53,317 bases of DNA. Source: an uncultured Eubacteriales bacterium (GTDB lineage: Bacteria > Bacillota > Clostridia > Oscillospirales > CAG-272). The notes beneath the pieces were generated by a model that was not told the DNA's origin, searched no databases, and was given only the letters and a program-made list of their open reading frames with translations. The first letter of the stretch is position 1. Each line of letters opens with the position of its first letter. Made by a program: the position numbers and the translations under genes. The stretch lies in NCBI GenBank assembly GCA_949451655.1, contig CASTST010000003.1, positions 1-53,317 on the forward strand, read 5' to 3'. Below, in pieces: positions 25,523 through 35,394 of this stretch.

Positions 25523-26695
25523 TTGAAAATTGTATTTGTTTCAAATTATTTTAATCATCATCAAAAAAGCCTGTCCGAAGCCTTGGATAAGCTTACCGAT
25601 CATAATTTTCATTTTGTTGCAACCTCAAAAATGCGGGAAGAACGCCGCAAATTCGGATACGGAAACTGGGAGCTCCCGGAATATGTTATAGAAGCCTATA
25701 CAGGACAAGACGCCTATACCCGCGCAATGGATGCAATTGACTGCACCGATGCAGTCATCGCGGGATCTGCCCCTGAACTGTATTTAAAACAATATATAAA
25801 GTCCGGCAAGCTTTTGTTCCGATATTCCGAAAGACCGTTCAAAAAAGATGCTTCCCATATTAAATTTCTGCCCCGCTATATAAAGTGGCATCTTCAAAAT
25901 CCGCACAGTAAGCCAATCTATATGCTTTGTGCCAGCGCATATACCTGTGCTGATTACGCAAAATATGGCTTGTGGAAAAACAAATTTTACAAATGGGGCT
26001 ATTTCCCCGAATGCAAAAGATATGAAAATATAGAAAAGCAGATTGCAGCCAAGGAGAAAAAGACCCTTCTATGGTGCGGTCGCTTTCTGGATTGGAAGCA
26101 TCCGGACGACGCGGTAAAAATTGCCGCAAAACTTCGCGATAACGGATATGATTTTCATTTAAATATGATCGGAACAGGCGAAATGGAAATGCTTCTTAGT
26201 CAGATGATACAGGACAATCATCTGGAGGAATATGTATCAGTCCTTGGTTCTATGCCACCTGAGAACGTGCGTGAACATATGGAATGCGCCGGTATATATC
26301 TTTTCACATCGGACAAACAGGAAGGCTGGGGTGCAGTTCTGAATGAGAGCATGAATGCCGGCTGCGCGGTCGTTGCAAGTCACGCAGCAGGCGCGGTGCC
26401 ATTTCTTCTGAAAAACGGCGAAAACGGAGCTATTTACGAATCCGGAAATACCGAAGAACTGTTCCAAAAAGTGAAGGAATTACTAGACAATCCTGATAAG
26501 CAGGAAAGAATGGGCGCAGCAGCATATCACACAATAACAAATGAATGGAATGCAGAAATTGCTGCCCAGCGGCTTATGGATTTATCAGAGCGCATACTGC
26601 ATGGAGAAAAGTCGCCTGATATATATGGAAGCGGCCTGTGCAGCCAAGCAGAAATGATAACAGATACCTGGTATACGGCGGCAAAACAATCATGA
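25523..26695 (+). CDS. GT-B fold glycosyltransferase (GT4-like), TTG start
   Basis: LLWCGRFLDWKHPDDAV ... LNMIGTGEME ... IYLFTSDKQEGWGAVLNESMNAGCAVVAS. RBS GGGAGA precedes the TTG. Confidence 0.75.
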   Translation: MKIVFVSNYFNHHQKSLSEALDKLTDHNFHFVATSKMREERRKFGYGNWELPEYVIEAYTGQDAYTRAMDAIDCTDAVIAGSAPELYLKQYIKSGKLLFRYSERPFKKDASHIKFLPRYIKWHLQNPHSKPIYMLCASAYTCADYAKYGLWKNKFYKWGYFPECKRYENIEKQIAAKEKKTLLWCGRFLDWKHPDDAVKIAAKLRDNGYDFHLNMIGTGEMEMLLSQMIQDNHLEEYVSVLGSMPPENVREHMECAGIYLFTSDKQEGWGAVLNESMNAGCAVVASHAAGAVPFLLKNGENGAIYESGNTEELFQKVKELLDNPDKQERMGAAAYHTITNEWNAEIAAQRLMDLSERILHGEKSPDIYGSGLCSQAEMITDTWYTAAKQS

Positions 26696-28020
26696 TAACA
26701 AAACTGAAACAAAGCTTTTTTAAAAACAGAACGGTCAAAAATGCAGGCTGGCTGATCGGTGAAAAGATAGCGCAGGCACTTATCAACTTGATCGTCAGTA
26801 TTTTAACCACCCGATTCTTAGGACCTGCAAATTACGGGCTTATCAATTACGGCATCGCATATACGGCATTTTTCATGTCGCTTTGTACACTGGGAATCAA
26901 TTCCATCCTTGTAAAAGAATTTACCGATAAAAAATATGACGAGGGCACAATACTTGGAACGACTGTATTTCTTAGAATGGTGTCCAGCGCCTTGTCGATC
27001 GGTATTATTTTTTGTGTCGTCTCCTTTATTGACGCAGATGAACCGACCACAATCCTTGTAACGCTTCTGTGCAGCTTGGGTTTATTTTTTAATGTATTTG
27101 AAGCATTTAATTATTGGTTTCAATCCAGATTACAGTCAAAAGTTACGGCAATCGCATCTTTTATCGCATATGTCATTACAGCCGGATACAAAATTGTACT
27201 GTTGATCCTGAAAAAAGACGTGCAGTGGTTTGCTTTTGCCACCTCGGTAGACTACATTTGCATTGCAGTTGTGCTTCTGATATGTTATCAGAAATACAAT
27301 GGAAGCAAATTGAAGTTTTCCCCCACATGTGCAAAACATCTGTTGGGAAAAAGCTACCACTTTATTCTGACAGGAATGATGGTAGCAATATACGGATATG
27401 TAGATAAATTTATGCTCAAGCATATGATCAGCGAAACAGAGACAGGCTATTATTCTACCGCCGTAACAGTAGCGACCATGTGGTGCTTTGTTTTATCAGC
27501 CATTATCAGCTCTGTGTATCCGTCTATAACAGCCAGTTATAAAGCAGGGAACACGGCGCTATTTGAAAAAAGAAACAAGCAGCTTTATGCCATTGTATTT
27601 TATCTCTCCCTGTTTGTATCCTCTGTTTTCACAATATTCGGCAAGTATGCGATTCTTATTATTTACGGACGTTCCTACTTACCTGCAGCCTCGCCCCTGC
27701 GTATTGCCACATGGTATGTAGCGTTTTCCTATTTAGGGGTAGCGCGCGATGCGTGGGTCGTATGCGAAAACAAGCAGAAATATTTGAAATATATATATTT
27801 ATCCTCGTGCGCTGCAAATGTTGTACTGAACAGTATATTCATTCCCATATGGGGCGCTTCCGGTGCAGCATTTGCATCACTGATCACACAAATGCTGACG
27901 ATTTTTGCTGCCGCATGTATTAAACCGCTCCGCCCCAATGCAAAGCTTATGCTGGATGCAATTCTGCTAAAGGACTTATTACCGAAAAAGGAGAAACAAA
28001 GTGAGCAAATTCACAAATAA
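26692..28020 (+). CDS. wzx: Wzx-type oligosaccharide flippase (MOP superfamily polysaccharide biosynthesis protein)
   Basis: About 12-14 TM segments. The N-terminus KNAGWLIGEKIAQALINLIVSILTTRFLGPANYGL is typical of this family. Its ATG overlaps the previous stop (ATGA). Confidence 0.8.
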   Translation: MITKLKQSFFKNRTVKNAGWLIGEKIAQALINLIVSILTTRFLGPANYGLINYGIAYTAFFMSLCTLGINSILVKEFTDKKYDEGTILGTTVFLRMVSSALSIGIIFCVVSFIDADEPTTILVTLLCSLGLFFNVFEAFNYWFQSRLQSKVTAIASFIAYVITAGYKIVLLILKKDVQWFAFATSVDYICIAVVLLICYQKYNGSKLKFSPTCAKHLLGKSYHFILTGMMVAIYGYVDKFMLKHMISETETGYYSTAVTVATMWCFVLSAIISSVYPSITASYKAGNTALFEKRNKQLYAIVFYLSLFVSSVFTIFGKYAILIIYGRSYLPAASPLRIATWYVAFSYLGVARDAWVVCENKQKYLKYIYLSSCAANVVLNSIFIPIWGASGAAFASLITQMLTIFAAACIKPLRPNAKLMLDAILLKDLLPKKEKQSEQIHK

Positions 28021-29041
28021 AACACTGATGATCACCGGCGGTACCGGTTCCTTCGGGAACGCGGTACTGAACCGCTTTCTCAGTACAGATATAGGCGAAA
28101 TCCGCATATTTTCCCGGGATGAGAAAAAGCAGGATGATATGCGGCACGAATTTCAAACAAAAATGCCCGCAGCGGCGGACAAGATCAAATTCTATATAGG
28201 CGACGTCCGGGACCTTGCGTCTGTAAAAAACGCCATGCATGGCGTAGACTATATATTTCATGCGGCAGCGCTGAAGCAAGTGCCCTCCTGCGAGTTTTTC
28301 CCAATAGAAGCAGTCAAAACAAACGTGATTGGCACAGATAACGTGCTCACTGCTGCGATTGATGAGGGCGTCGCATCGGTAATTTGCCTCTCCACAGATA
28401 AAGCAGCGTACCCCGTCAACGCCATGGGCACATCCAAAGCAATGATGGAAAAAGTTGTCGTTGCCAAAAGCCGCACCACTACAAACACAAAAATTTGCTG
28501 CACACGGTACGGCAACGTAATGTGCTCCAGAGGCAGCGTAATTCCCCTGTGGATCGAGCAGATCAAAGCCGGGAACCCCATAACGGTCACCGAACCGTCC
28601 ATGACGAGATTCATTATGTCTTTGGAAGAAGCGGTGGATCTTGTGCTGTTTGCTTTCGAACATGGAGAATCAGGTGATATACTGGTGCAGAAAGCCCCTG
28701 CATGTACCATTGAAACACAGGCAAAGGCAGTTTGTCGGCTGTTCGGAGGAGATGAAAACGCTATAAAAGTAATTGGTATCCGCCACGGTGAAAAAATGTA
28801 TGAAACACTGCTGACCAATGAAGAATGTGCAGGCGCAGTGGATCTGGGCAGCTTCTACCGTGTACCCTGCGACAAACGCGGACTGAATTACGATAAGTAT
28901 TTTATCAATGGAGACACGGAGCGCAACACGCTGACAGAGTTTAATTCAAACAATACGCACCTGCTCAATGTAGAAGAGGTTATGGAAAAAATCGCTTCCC
29001 TTGCATATATACAGGAAGAACTTCAGGGGTTAAAATGCTGA
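28001..29041 (+). CDS. fnlA: UDP-N-acetylglucosamine 4,6-dehydratase/5-epimerase (FnlA/CapE/WbjB)
   Basis: Near-collinear similarity to S. aureus Cap5E as I recall it: ITGGTGSFGNAV..RF, IRIFSRDEKKQDD, FHAAALKQVPSCEFFP.EAVKTN, LSTDKAAYP.NAMG.SKAMMEK, TRYGNVM.SRGSVIPL. GTG start with an AAAGGAG RBS. Confidence 0.9.
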   Translation: MSKFTNKTLMITGGTGSFGNAVLNRFLSTDIGEIRIFSRDEKKQDDMRHEFQTKMPAAADKIKFYIGDVRDLASVKNAMHGVDYIFHAAALKQVPSCEFFPIEAVKTNVIGTDNVLTAAIDEGVASVICLSTDKAAYPVNAMGTSKAMMEKVVVAKSRTTTNTKICCTRYGNVMCSRGSVIPLWIEQIKAGNPITVTEPSMTRFIMSLEEAVDLVLFAFEHGESGDILVQKAPACTIETQAKAVCRLFGGDENAIKVIGIRHGEKMYETLLTNEECAGAVDLGSFYRVPCDKRGLNYDKYFINGDTERNTLTEFNSNNTHLLNVEEVMEKIASLAYIQEELQGLKC

Positions 29042-29835
29042 TTATGAAAAAACAATTCGTAATAATTACAATGCTGGTGCTGTTCATAATAGTTCTTGCA
29101 GGGTGCTCTGCAAAAAAAGACTCCCCTTCAGACAGCTCCGGCCTTGTAACGGATACGAGCGCAGAGGTTACAGTATACAAAACAAAATACTGCGACCTGA
29201 AATATCCCATAAAATGGGCGGATCAGGTAAAAGCAGAGATTGACGAGAGCGGCGCATATACCGTAAAGTTTGCTTTAAGCGATGGCACTCCAATATTTGA
29301 TCTCATTTTTGACGGACAAACAGGACTGCTTCTCGGAACGCTCACAGGGGACGACACAAATACAGTGATTCGCTTTGTTGACTATCCTATGGAGGAAAAC
29401 GACAACCGTTATAATACATTTTGCGCCATGGCAGAAGATGTGAATGTAATTATTGAAAATCTCACCCGTGATTATTCCTTTGCCGCGGGTGAGGAAATTG
29501 TAAAAGAAGATCCTACAACCTTTGAGATAAATACATCTGTCACTGTATTGCAGTATCCTGCTAAGTGGCAGGATAAAGTAAATATTGATCTGTCTGATTC
29601 ATCTGCTAAATTTTCATGCGGGGAATACAAACTGTTCGATTTATATTTTGAGGGTGAAGAAGGCTCTCTTTTGGGAACCTATAAAGGGAAGCCCTTTCGC
29701 ATGGTTTCATACGATATAGATCCATCTGCTGTGAGCGGAGAAATGTTTGATGTGCTTTGTGCAATGCAGGAGGATGTAAACGTAATTCTCCAATACCTTA
29801 TGAAAGATACGGAATTTATCATCGCAAACGGATAA
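29035..29835 (+). CDS. Lipoprotein of unknown function with an internal two-fold domain duplication
   Basis: Lipobox VLAGC after a hydrophobic signal. The two halves share YP.KW.D.V ... FDL.F.G..G.LLGT ... CAM.EDVNVI...L. Confidence 0.65.
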   Translation: MLIMKKQFVIITMLVLFIIVLAGCSAKKDSPSDSSGLVTDTSAEVTVYKTKYCDLKYPIKWADQVKAEIDESGAYTVKFALSDGTPIFDLIFDGQTGLLLGTLTGDDTNTVIRFVDYPMEENDNRYNTFCAMAEDVNVIIENLTRDYSFAAGEEIVKEDPTTFEINTSVTVLQYPAKWQDKVNIDLSDSSAKFSCGEYKLFDLYFEGEEGSLLGTYKGKPFRMVSYDIDPSAVSGEMFDVLCAMQEDVNVILQYLMKDTEFIIANG

Positions 29836-29848
29836 AACTGGAGTGCAT

Positions 29849-31045
29849 ATGAATATACTTGTAACAGGATCACGGGGCTTTGTCGGCAAAAATCTTTGTA
29901 CAGCCTTGAAAAGCATCAAAGACGGGAAGGACAAAACCAGACCGGATCTGCACATTGATGCAATATTTGAGTACGACATAGACACAGATCCGGCGCTGCT
30001 GGACGAATACTGCAAAAATGCAGACTTTGTGTTCAACCTTGCAGGAGTAAACAGACCGACAGATCCACGTGCATTCATGGAAGGAAATTTCGACTTTGCC
30101 GAAGTTCTTTTGAACAGCTTGAAGAAATACGGCAACACCTGCCCTGTAATGCTTTCTTCATCTGTTCAAGCAACATTGATCGGTCGCTATGATAATGAAT
30201 ATGGAAGAACCAAAAAAGCAGGAGAAGATCTGTTTTTCGCATACGCCGGAGAGACAGGAGCGACTGTACTCGTGTATCGCTTTCCCAACCTGTTCGGAAA
30301 ATGGTGCAAACCAAACTATAACAGCGCCGTAGCTACCTTCTGCTACAACACGGCAAATGATTTGCCTATAACGATCCATGACCGGGCGACAGAACTCGAA
30401 CTGCTTTATATTGACGATCTGGTATACGAAATGCTCGACGCGCTGGAAGGCAAAGCGCACCGGTGCGAATTTGAGGGGGTAACCGCAGTTCCCTGCAAAA
30501 CGGGCAGGTTCTGCGCTACTCCCATAACCCACCGTGCAACGCTGGGTGAAATCTCCGATCTGCTGGACGTATTCCGGGCACAGCCCAAGACGCTTGTAAT
30601 GCCTGCAATACCAAACGGAAGCTTTGCAAAAAAACTGTACAGCACATATCTTTCCTACTTGCCGCAGGAAAAAGTATCTTTTCCCCTGCAAATGCATACG
30701 GATGCGCGCGGTTCCTTTACCGAACTTCTGAAAACGGCAAACTGCGGACAATTCAGTGTGAATATTTCCAAGCCGGGCATAACCAAAGGGCAGCACTGGC
30801 ATCATTCCAAATGGGAATTTTTTATTGTGGTATCAGGTCACGGGCTGATTCAGCAGAGGAAGCTCGGCGAAAGCAATGTGCTTTCATTTGAAGTGAGCGG
30901 GGAAAAAATCACGGCAGTGCATATGCTGCCGGGATACACGCACAATATTATAAATCTAAGCGATACAGATGATCTTGTGACGCTTATGTGGGCAAACGAA
31001 CCGTTTGATCCGGATCACCCGGATACGTTTGGAGAAAGCGTATGA
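29849..31045 (+). CDS. fnlB: Bifunctional reductase/epimerase of the UDP-L-FucNAc pathway (FnlB/CapF: SDR domain plus C-terminal cupin)
   Basis: MNILVTGSRGFVGKNL, RFPNLFGKWCKPNYNS..ATFCY, STYLSYLP, DARGSFTE, SVNISKPGITKG.HWHH and MW.NE.FDP..PDT all parallel S. aureus CapF. Confidence 0.9.
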   Translation: MNILVTGSRGFVGKNLCTALKSIKDGKDKTRPDLHIDAIFEYDIDTDPALLDEYCKNADFVFNLAGVNRPTDPRAFMEGNFDFAEVLLNSLKKYGNTCPVMLSSSVQATLIGRYDNEYGRTKKAGEDLFFAYAGETGATVLVYRFPNLFGKWCKPNYNSAVATFCYNTANDLPITIHDRATELELLYIDDLVYEMLDALEGKAHRCEFEGVTAVPCKTGRFCATPITHRATLGEISDLLDVFRAQPKTLVMPAIPNGSFAKKLYSTYLSYLPQEKVSFPLQMHTDARGSFTELLKTANCGQFSVNISKPGITKGQHWHHSKWEFFIVVSGHGLIQQRKLGESNVLSFEVSGEKITAVHMLPGYTHNIINLSDTDDLVTLMWANEPFDPDHPDTFGESV

Positions 31046-32082
31046 GGGAAAGTATGGACAAAGTGCAGACAAATCGTTTCACCTACGATATTTTAGATTT
31101 AACAAAATTCATCCTGTCTTTTTTTGTTGTTGCAATTCATGCAGAGATATTTCCAAATGTGCTGTATCCGTGGCTGCGCGTAGCTGTTCCTCTTTTCTTT
31201 ATGATCAGCGCCTTTTTATTATTCACAAGAATGAATAATAAAAGCGAATCGGAACAGCGAATACAGATCCGCAAATTTATAAAACGGAATTTATCATTAT
31301 ATTTTACTTGGTTTATCATTTTAATTCCGTTTACAATATATGTTCGGAAAGCATGGTTTGCGGACGGGGCGATGATCGGAATTCTCAGATGCATCAGAGG
31401 CTTCCTGTTTGGAAGTACATTCAGGGCTTCCTGGTATATTATGGCGTCTGTCATTGCGGTTCCCCTGATTTGGTATTTATCCAAAAAAATAAATCAGTAT
31501 GTGTTGGCTGCATTATCTGCGGTATTATACATTCTTTGTTGCTTGACAAGCAACTATGCGGGCTTGCTGGATACAATCGGGCTTGGAATGATAAACTCGG
31601 TTTCATCCGTTTTTTTTGGCGGAATGGCAACCAGTTTTTTGTCTGCCCTGATCTGGGTAATAGCAGGCAAAGCCTTTGCCGGCAAAAAAGATTTGAGAAA
31701 CTGGAAATTTTCTGCTATACTGTGTATTGTATCTATTGTGCTTCTTTTTATTGAAAAGAAAGCAATTGATATTTTGCAATGTTCCACCGCAAATGATTGC
31801 TATCTGACGCTTATACCCACATGCTGGTTTCTATTTTCATTGCTGTTGCAGCTTAAAAATATACATATAGGAAACGCAAAAGTGCTTAGAAATTGCAGTA
31901 CGCTCATATATGTTACCCATTGTGAAGTCCTCATGTGTGTCTCCTTCGGGATCAAATATTTAGGGTATACAAACAAATTCATCATTTTTGCAATTTCAGC
32001 CGTGCTTCTGATTCTTGGGAGCATGCTGGCAGTGAAAATTTCCAGGCATCCAAAATGCAAATGGCTGACACATTTATGGTAA
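31042..32082 (+). CDS. Acyltransferase-3 family membrane protein (probable polysaccharide O-acetyltransferase)
   Basis: About 10 TM segments. The N-terminal region ILDLTKFILSFFVVAIHA is typical of acyltransferase family 3. Its ATG overlaps the fnlB stop. Confidence 0.7.
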   Translation: MRESMDKVQTNRFTYDILDLTKFILSFFVVAIHAEIFPNVLYPWLRVAVPLFFMISAFLLFTRMNNKSESEQRIQIRKFIKRNLSLYFTWFIILIPFTIYVRKAWFADGAMIGILRCIRGFLFGSTFRASWYIMASVIAVPLIWYLSKKINQYVLAALSAVLYILCCLTSNYAGLLDTIGLGMINSVSSVFFGGMATSFLSALIWVIAGKAFAGKKDLRNWKFSAILCIVSIVLLFIEKKAIDILQCSTANDCYLTLIPTCWFLFSLLLQLKNIHIGNAKVLRNCSTLIYVTHCEVLMCVSFGIKYLGYTNKFIIFAISAVLLILGSMLAVKISRHPKCKWLTHLW

Positions 32083-32143
32083 TTGCATATGCCTGATGAA
32101 AAGCGGATCCGGTGCATCCGGATATGTATGGAGAAAACGTATA

Positions 32144-33331
32144 ATGAATACTATAAAACTGGATTACAGCGACATTCAATTCAAAAACGACGGCAGGCTC
32201 AAACTGCTTATCATCGTGGGCACGCGCCCTGAAATCATCCGCCTGTCGGCGGTGATTACAAAATGCCGCAAATATTTCGACTGTATTCTTGCCCATACGG
32301 GTCAGAATTACGACTACAACCTAAACGGAGTGTTTTTTCACGATTTGAAGCTGGAAGCACCCGAGGTATATATGGACGCCACGGGAGAGGATCTGGGGGC
32401 AACAATCGGCAATATTATCCACTGTTCCTATAAGCTTATGTCCCAGATCAAACCCGACGCGCTGCTGATTCTGGGGGATACCAACTCCTGCCTTTCCGCC
32501 ATACCGGCCAAAAGACTGCATATTCCAATCTTCCATATGGAAGCGGGCAACCGATGCAAGGATGAATGTCTGCCTGAGGAAACAAACCGCAGAATCGTAG
32601 ACATCATATCCGATGTGAATATGGCATACTCAGAGCACGCACGGCGGTATCTCGCAGAGTGCGGACTGCCCAAAGAGCGCACATATGTCACCGGCTCCCC
32701 TATGGCAGAGGTACTGCATGCAAACCTTGCCCAGATTGAAGCAAGCGATATTTTGAAAAGGTTGCATTTAGAAGAAAAAAAGTATATACTATTATCCGCA
32801 CACAGAGAAGAAAACATCGACACGGAAAAAAACTTTTTCTCGCTGTTCTCTGCGGTGAACCGTCTTGCTGAAAAGTATGATATGCCGATTCTGTATTCCT
32901 GCCATCCCAGATCCAAAAAGCGGCTGGAGGAAAGCGGTTTCACACTGGATCCCCGCGTAATACAGCACGAACCGCTGGGCTTTCATGACTACAATCATCT
33001 GCAAATGAACGCCTTTGCCGTGGTGTCAGACAGCGGAACGCTTCCCGAAGAATCCAGCTTTTTCACAAGCATCGGCAAGCCGTTTCCGGCAGTTTGTATC
33101 AGAACCTCTACAGAACGTCCGGAGGCGCTTGACAAGGCATGCTTTGTTCTTGCAGGCATTGATGAAAAGGGGTTGCTTGGTGCAGTTTCCGTTGCTGTGG
33201 ATATGAACGGCTCCAACGATTTCGGCATACCTGTGCCCGATTATACAGACGATAATGTTTCATCAAAGGTTGTAAAAATTATTCAGTCCTATACAGGCGT
33301 GATTGATAAGTTTGTTTGGAGAAAGGCTTAG
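32144..33331 (+). CDS. fnlC: UDP-N-acetylglucosamine 2-epimerase, non-hydrolysing (FnlC/CapG type)
   Basis: IVGTRPEIIRLS, HTGQNYDY.LN, LILGDTNSCLSA, FHMEAGNRC, SAHREENID, SDSGTLPEESS and RTSTERPE parallel CapG/WecB. The start is at the ATG after the GGAGA RBS. Confidence 0.9.
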   Translation: MNTIKLDYSDIQFKNDGRLKLLIIVGTRPEIIRLSAVITKCRKYFDCILAHTGQNYDYNLNGVFFHDLKLEAPEVYMDATGEDLGATIGNIIHCSYKLMSQIKPDALLILGDTNSCLSAIPAKRLHIPIFHMEAGNRCKDECLPEETNRRIVDIISDVNMAYSEHARRYLAECGLPKERTYVTGSPMAEVLHANLAQIEASDILKRLHLEEKKYILLSAHREENIDTEKNFFSLFSAVNRLAEKYDMPILYSCHPRSKKRLEESGFTLDPRVIQHEPLGFHDYNHLQMNAFAVVSDSGTLPEESSFFTSIGKPFPAVCIRTSTERPEALDKACFVLAGIDEKGLLGAVSVAVDMNGSNDFGIPVPDYTDDNVSSKVVKIIQSYTGVIDKFVWRKA

Positions 33332-33837
33332 GCACATCATTGAAAACGGCAAAAAGACAAAGGATCATACTCGCTGTCCTTGCAGCAGTGACCCTCCTTA
33401 TTACACTGTTTATATGGAGCAATTCGCTCAAGGACAGCAAACGCTCAACTTCAGCAAGCGATACTGTAATAGATTTAATTCAGCCTGTGCTTGACAGTAT
33501 CTGTAAAGACGCCAAGCAGCAAAGCTTTTTCGTGCGCAAGCTCGCACACGTATCAGAGTTTGCAGCACTCGGCATTGCTGTCGCGTTTCTGCACAGAAAG
33601 TATACGCAGTATACCCTCCATAAAAGCTTTTATGGTTTTGCCGTTTTTTATGGTCTTGCGGCAGCAGTGACCGATGAATTTATCCAGTCCTTTTCAGACA
33701 GGAGCGACAGCGTAAGAGACGTGCTCATTGATTTTTCCGGTTATTTGATCGGGGCACTGCTTGTAACAGGAATATTTTTGATAATGGATAAAAAGCGCGG
33801 TCACCGGCAAAATCAGGAGATAAACGGTAATACATAA
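33316..33837 (+). CDS. VanZ-like family membrane protein (start codon uncertain, non-ATG)
   Basis: RKLAHVSEFAALGIAV ... DEFIQSFSDRSDSVRDVLIDFSGYLIGAL matches the VanZ-like signature. There are four TM segments. Confidence 0.7.
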   Translation: MEKGLGTSLKTAKRQRIILAVLAAVTLLITLFIWSNSLKDSKRSTSASDTVIDLIQPVLDSICKDAKQQSFFVRKLAHVSEFAALGIAVAFLHRKYTQYTLHKSFYGFAVFYGLAAAVTDEFIQSFSDRSDSVRDVLIDFSGYLIGALLVTGIFLIMDKKRGHRQNQEINGNT

Positions 33838-33894
33838 GCATCCTGAACCATTGGAATAATACAACCGGCGTATCTCCCACATAGCACACAAACT

Positions 33895-34255
33895 AAAAAA
33901 GCCCCCGGCAAAGGAAACTCCCACGATAGCATCAAACTAAAAAGGCCCCCTTGTGCAAAGGGGGCTCCCGCGTTAGCGGGTGGGGGATTGTTTTGCTATC
34001 ATTTTGCAGCATCTTCAAATCGGCAGTATAACTTAAACAATCCCTCCGTCTCACCTACGGTGAGCCACCTCCCTTTGCACAAGGGAGGCTTTAAAAGTTT
34101 GTGTGCTGCGGCGAACCAGCCCCCTTTGCACAAGGGGGCCTTTCTTTTTAGTTTTGGTGCTATCACAGGATACCTCAGGAGTTCGCTTTGCGGTCTCCAA
34201 CACAAGGTTTTGATGCTATCGCAGGAGTTCCCTCTGCTAAGGGAGGCTTTTTCAG
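33895..34255 (-). repeat. Mosaic repeat cluster with one core element in minus orientation plus flanking E-type hairpins
   Basis: Core at 33938-34090, with the central motif read on the minus strand: ACTGCCGATTTGAAGATGCTGCAAAATGATAGCA. Extra hairpins lie at about 34118-34150 and 34225-34255. Confidence 0.85.
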
Positions 34256-34363
34256 TTTGAAAATAGCTTGGAGGGTACTACCTCTCCATGGATTCTTTCA
34301 CGTTTGACGCTGCATTAGTCCAACGTCTTGTGCCATCACCCTTTCGTCTTCTTCAAAACCGGT

Positions 34364-34705
34364 TCACTCCCCGCGCTCTGCTGCCCGTTCCTTCAAAGCA
34401 TGACGTACCAAGAGCTTTCCTTCGTCCAAAAGCAAGTCCTTATATCCCGCAGGCAGTGAACGATACAAGCGCAGCAATGCGTCCTCTTTATGATCCTTGG
34501 TAATTGCAGGCTGATAGTCCAGCAGATAGTCTGTTGTCACATTAAAATATGTGGCAAACAGCTTTAATATTGCAAAATCCGGTTCACGAAAACAGCGGAT
34601 ATAATTTCCAATCGTGGTTGGTGCAAGATTCAAATCCGCTGCAAGCTGCTTTTGCGTAATGTCGTTATCCTCTAATAGTTCCCGTAATATCTCGCCGAAT
34701 TTCAT
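34364..34705 (-). CDS. XRE-family helix-turn-helix transcriptional regulator
   Basis: FGEILRELLEDNDITQKQLAADLNLAPTTIGNYIRCFREPD is a classic HTH_3 sequence. The second ATG is chosen because the GGAGG RBS lies 8 nt upstream of it. Confidence 0.85.
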   Translation of the reverse strand: MKFGEILRELLEDNDITQKQLAADLNLAPTTIGNYIRCFREPDFAILKLFATYFNVTTDYLLDYQPAITKDHKEDALLRLYRSLPAGYKDLLLDEGKLLVRHALKERAAERGE

Positions 34706-34773
34706 ATGCATCCCCTCCTGATCTTACTATAATGCATATTTAATTTTTCATTCAGTAAAAATTACAAATTGAA

Positions 34774-34802
34774 TTGACAAACCACATTTCGAAATGTATA
34801 AT
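34774..34802 (+). promoter_or_regulatory. Consensus sigma-A promoter with an embedded 14-bp palindromic operator candidate
   Basis: TTGACA (34774-34779), 17-bp spacer, TATAAT (34797-34802). The spacer contains the perfect palindrome ACATTTCGAAATGT (34784-34797). Confidence 0.7.
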
Positions 34803-34851
34803 ACCCATGAAGCACCTTTTTCAGATATTTTGCGACATGGAGGGAATGATT

Positions 34852-35352
34852 ATGAAACGAACGATGCGCAGGCACGCTCTGCAAGCATGTTTCGCCCTGT
34901 TATGTGCTATCGCCGCACTTGTCAGCATCTCCTTTATGGAACCAATGGAAGAAACCTCCTATATAGACGCATATCAATTTGTAAAATCGTGGAATACATT
35001 GGCAGGCAGCAAGGACAATTTGACACGGGGCGTAAAAATCAGTTCGGCGGCGGGACGGCATACCTTTCGTCTGGGGAAAGATATATTTCTGCATTACCGC
35101 GTGGAAAAAGCCGGTATCCTCCATAGGAAAATATCGTTTATTTTCTATGAAAATCCACACCTATCCGAACTTGGTATACATGCGTGTACGATTCAGATGC
35201 TGGATATATTGCAAAACAAGCAGGACTGTATCAAATCGTACGAATGTACAGGACAAAAAATACAGGGATTGCTTTTTACATATAATATCGGAAAAAAGAC
35301 GGTGCAAATCACACCGTTTTATGCAAAATTCCCCTTTTCAAACCCTACATGA
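34852..35352 (+). CDS. Hypothetical secreted or membrane-anchored protein
   Basis: RBS GGAGGGA, then MKRTMRRHALQACFALLCAIAALVSISF (signal or anchor). I recognise no other motif. Confidence 0.5.
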   Translation: MKRTMRRHALQACFALLCAIAALVSISFMEPMEETSYIDAYQFVKSWNTLAGSKDNLTRGVKISSAAGRHTFRLGKDIFLHYRVEKAGILHRKISFIFYENPHLSELGIHACTIQMLDILQNKQDCIKSYECTGQKIQGLLFTYNIGKKTVQITPFYAKFPFSNPT

Positions 35353-35394
35353 CGTGATACAATAACGCTGATACAGCGATATTCAAAGAAAGGC

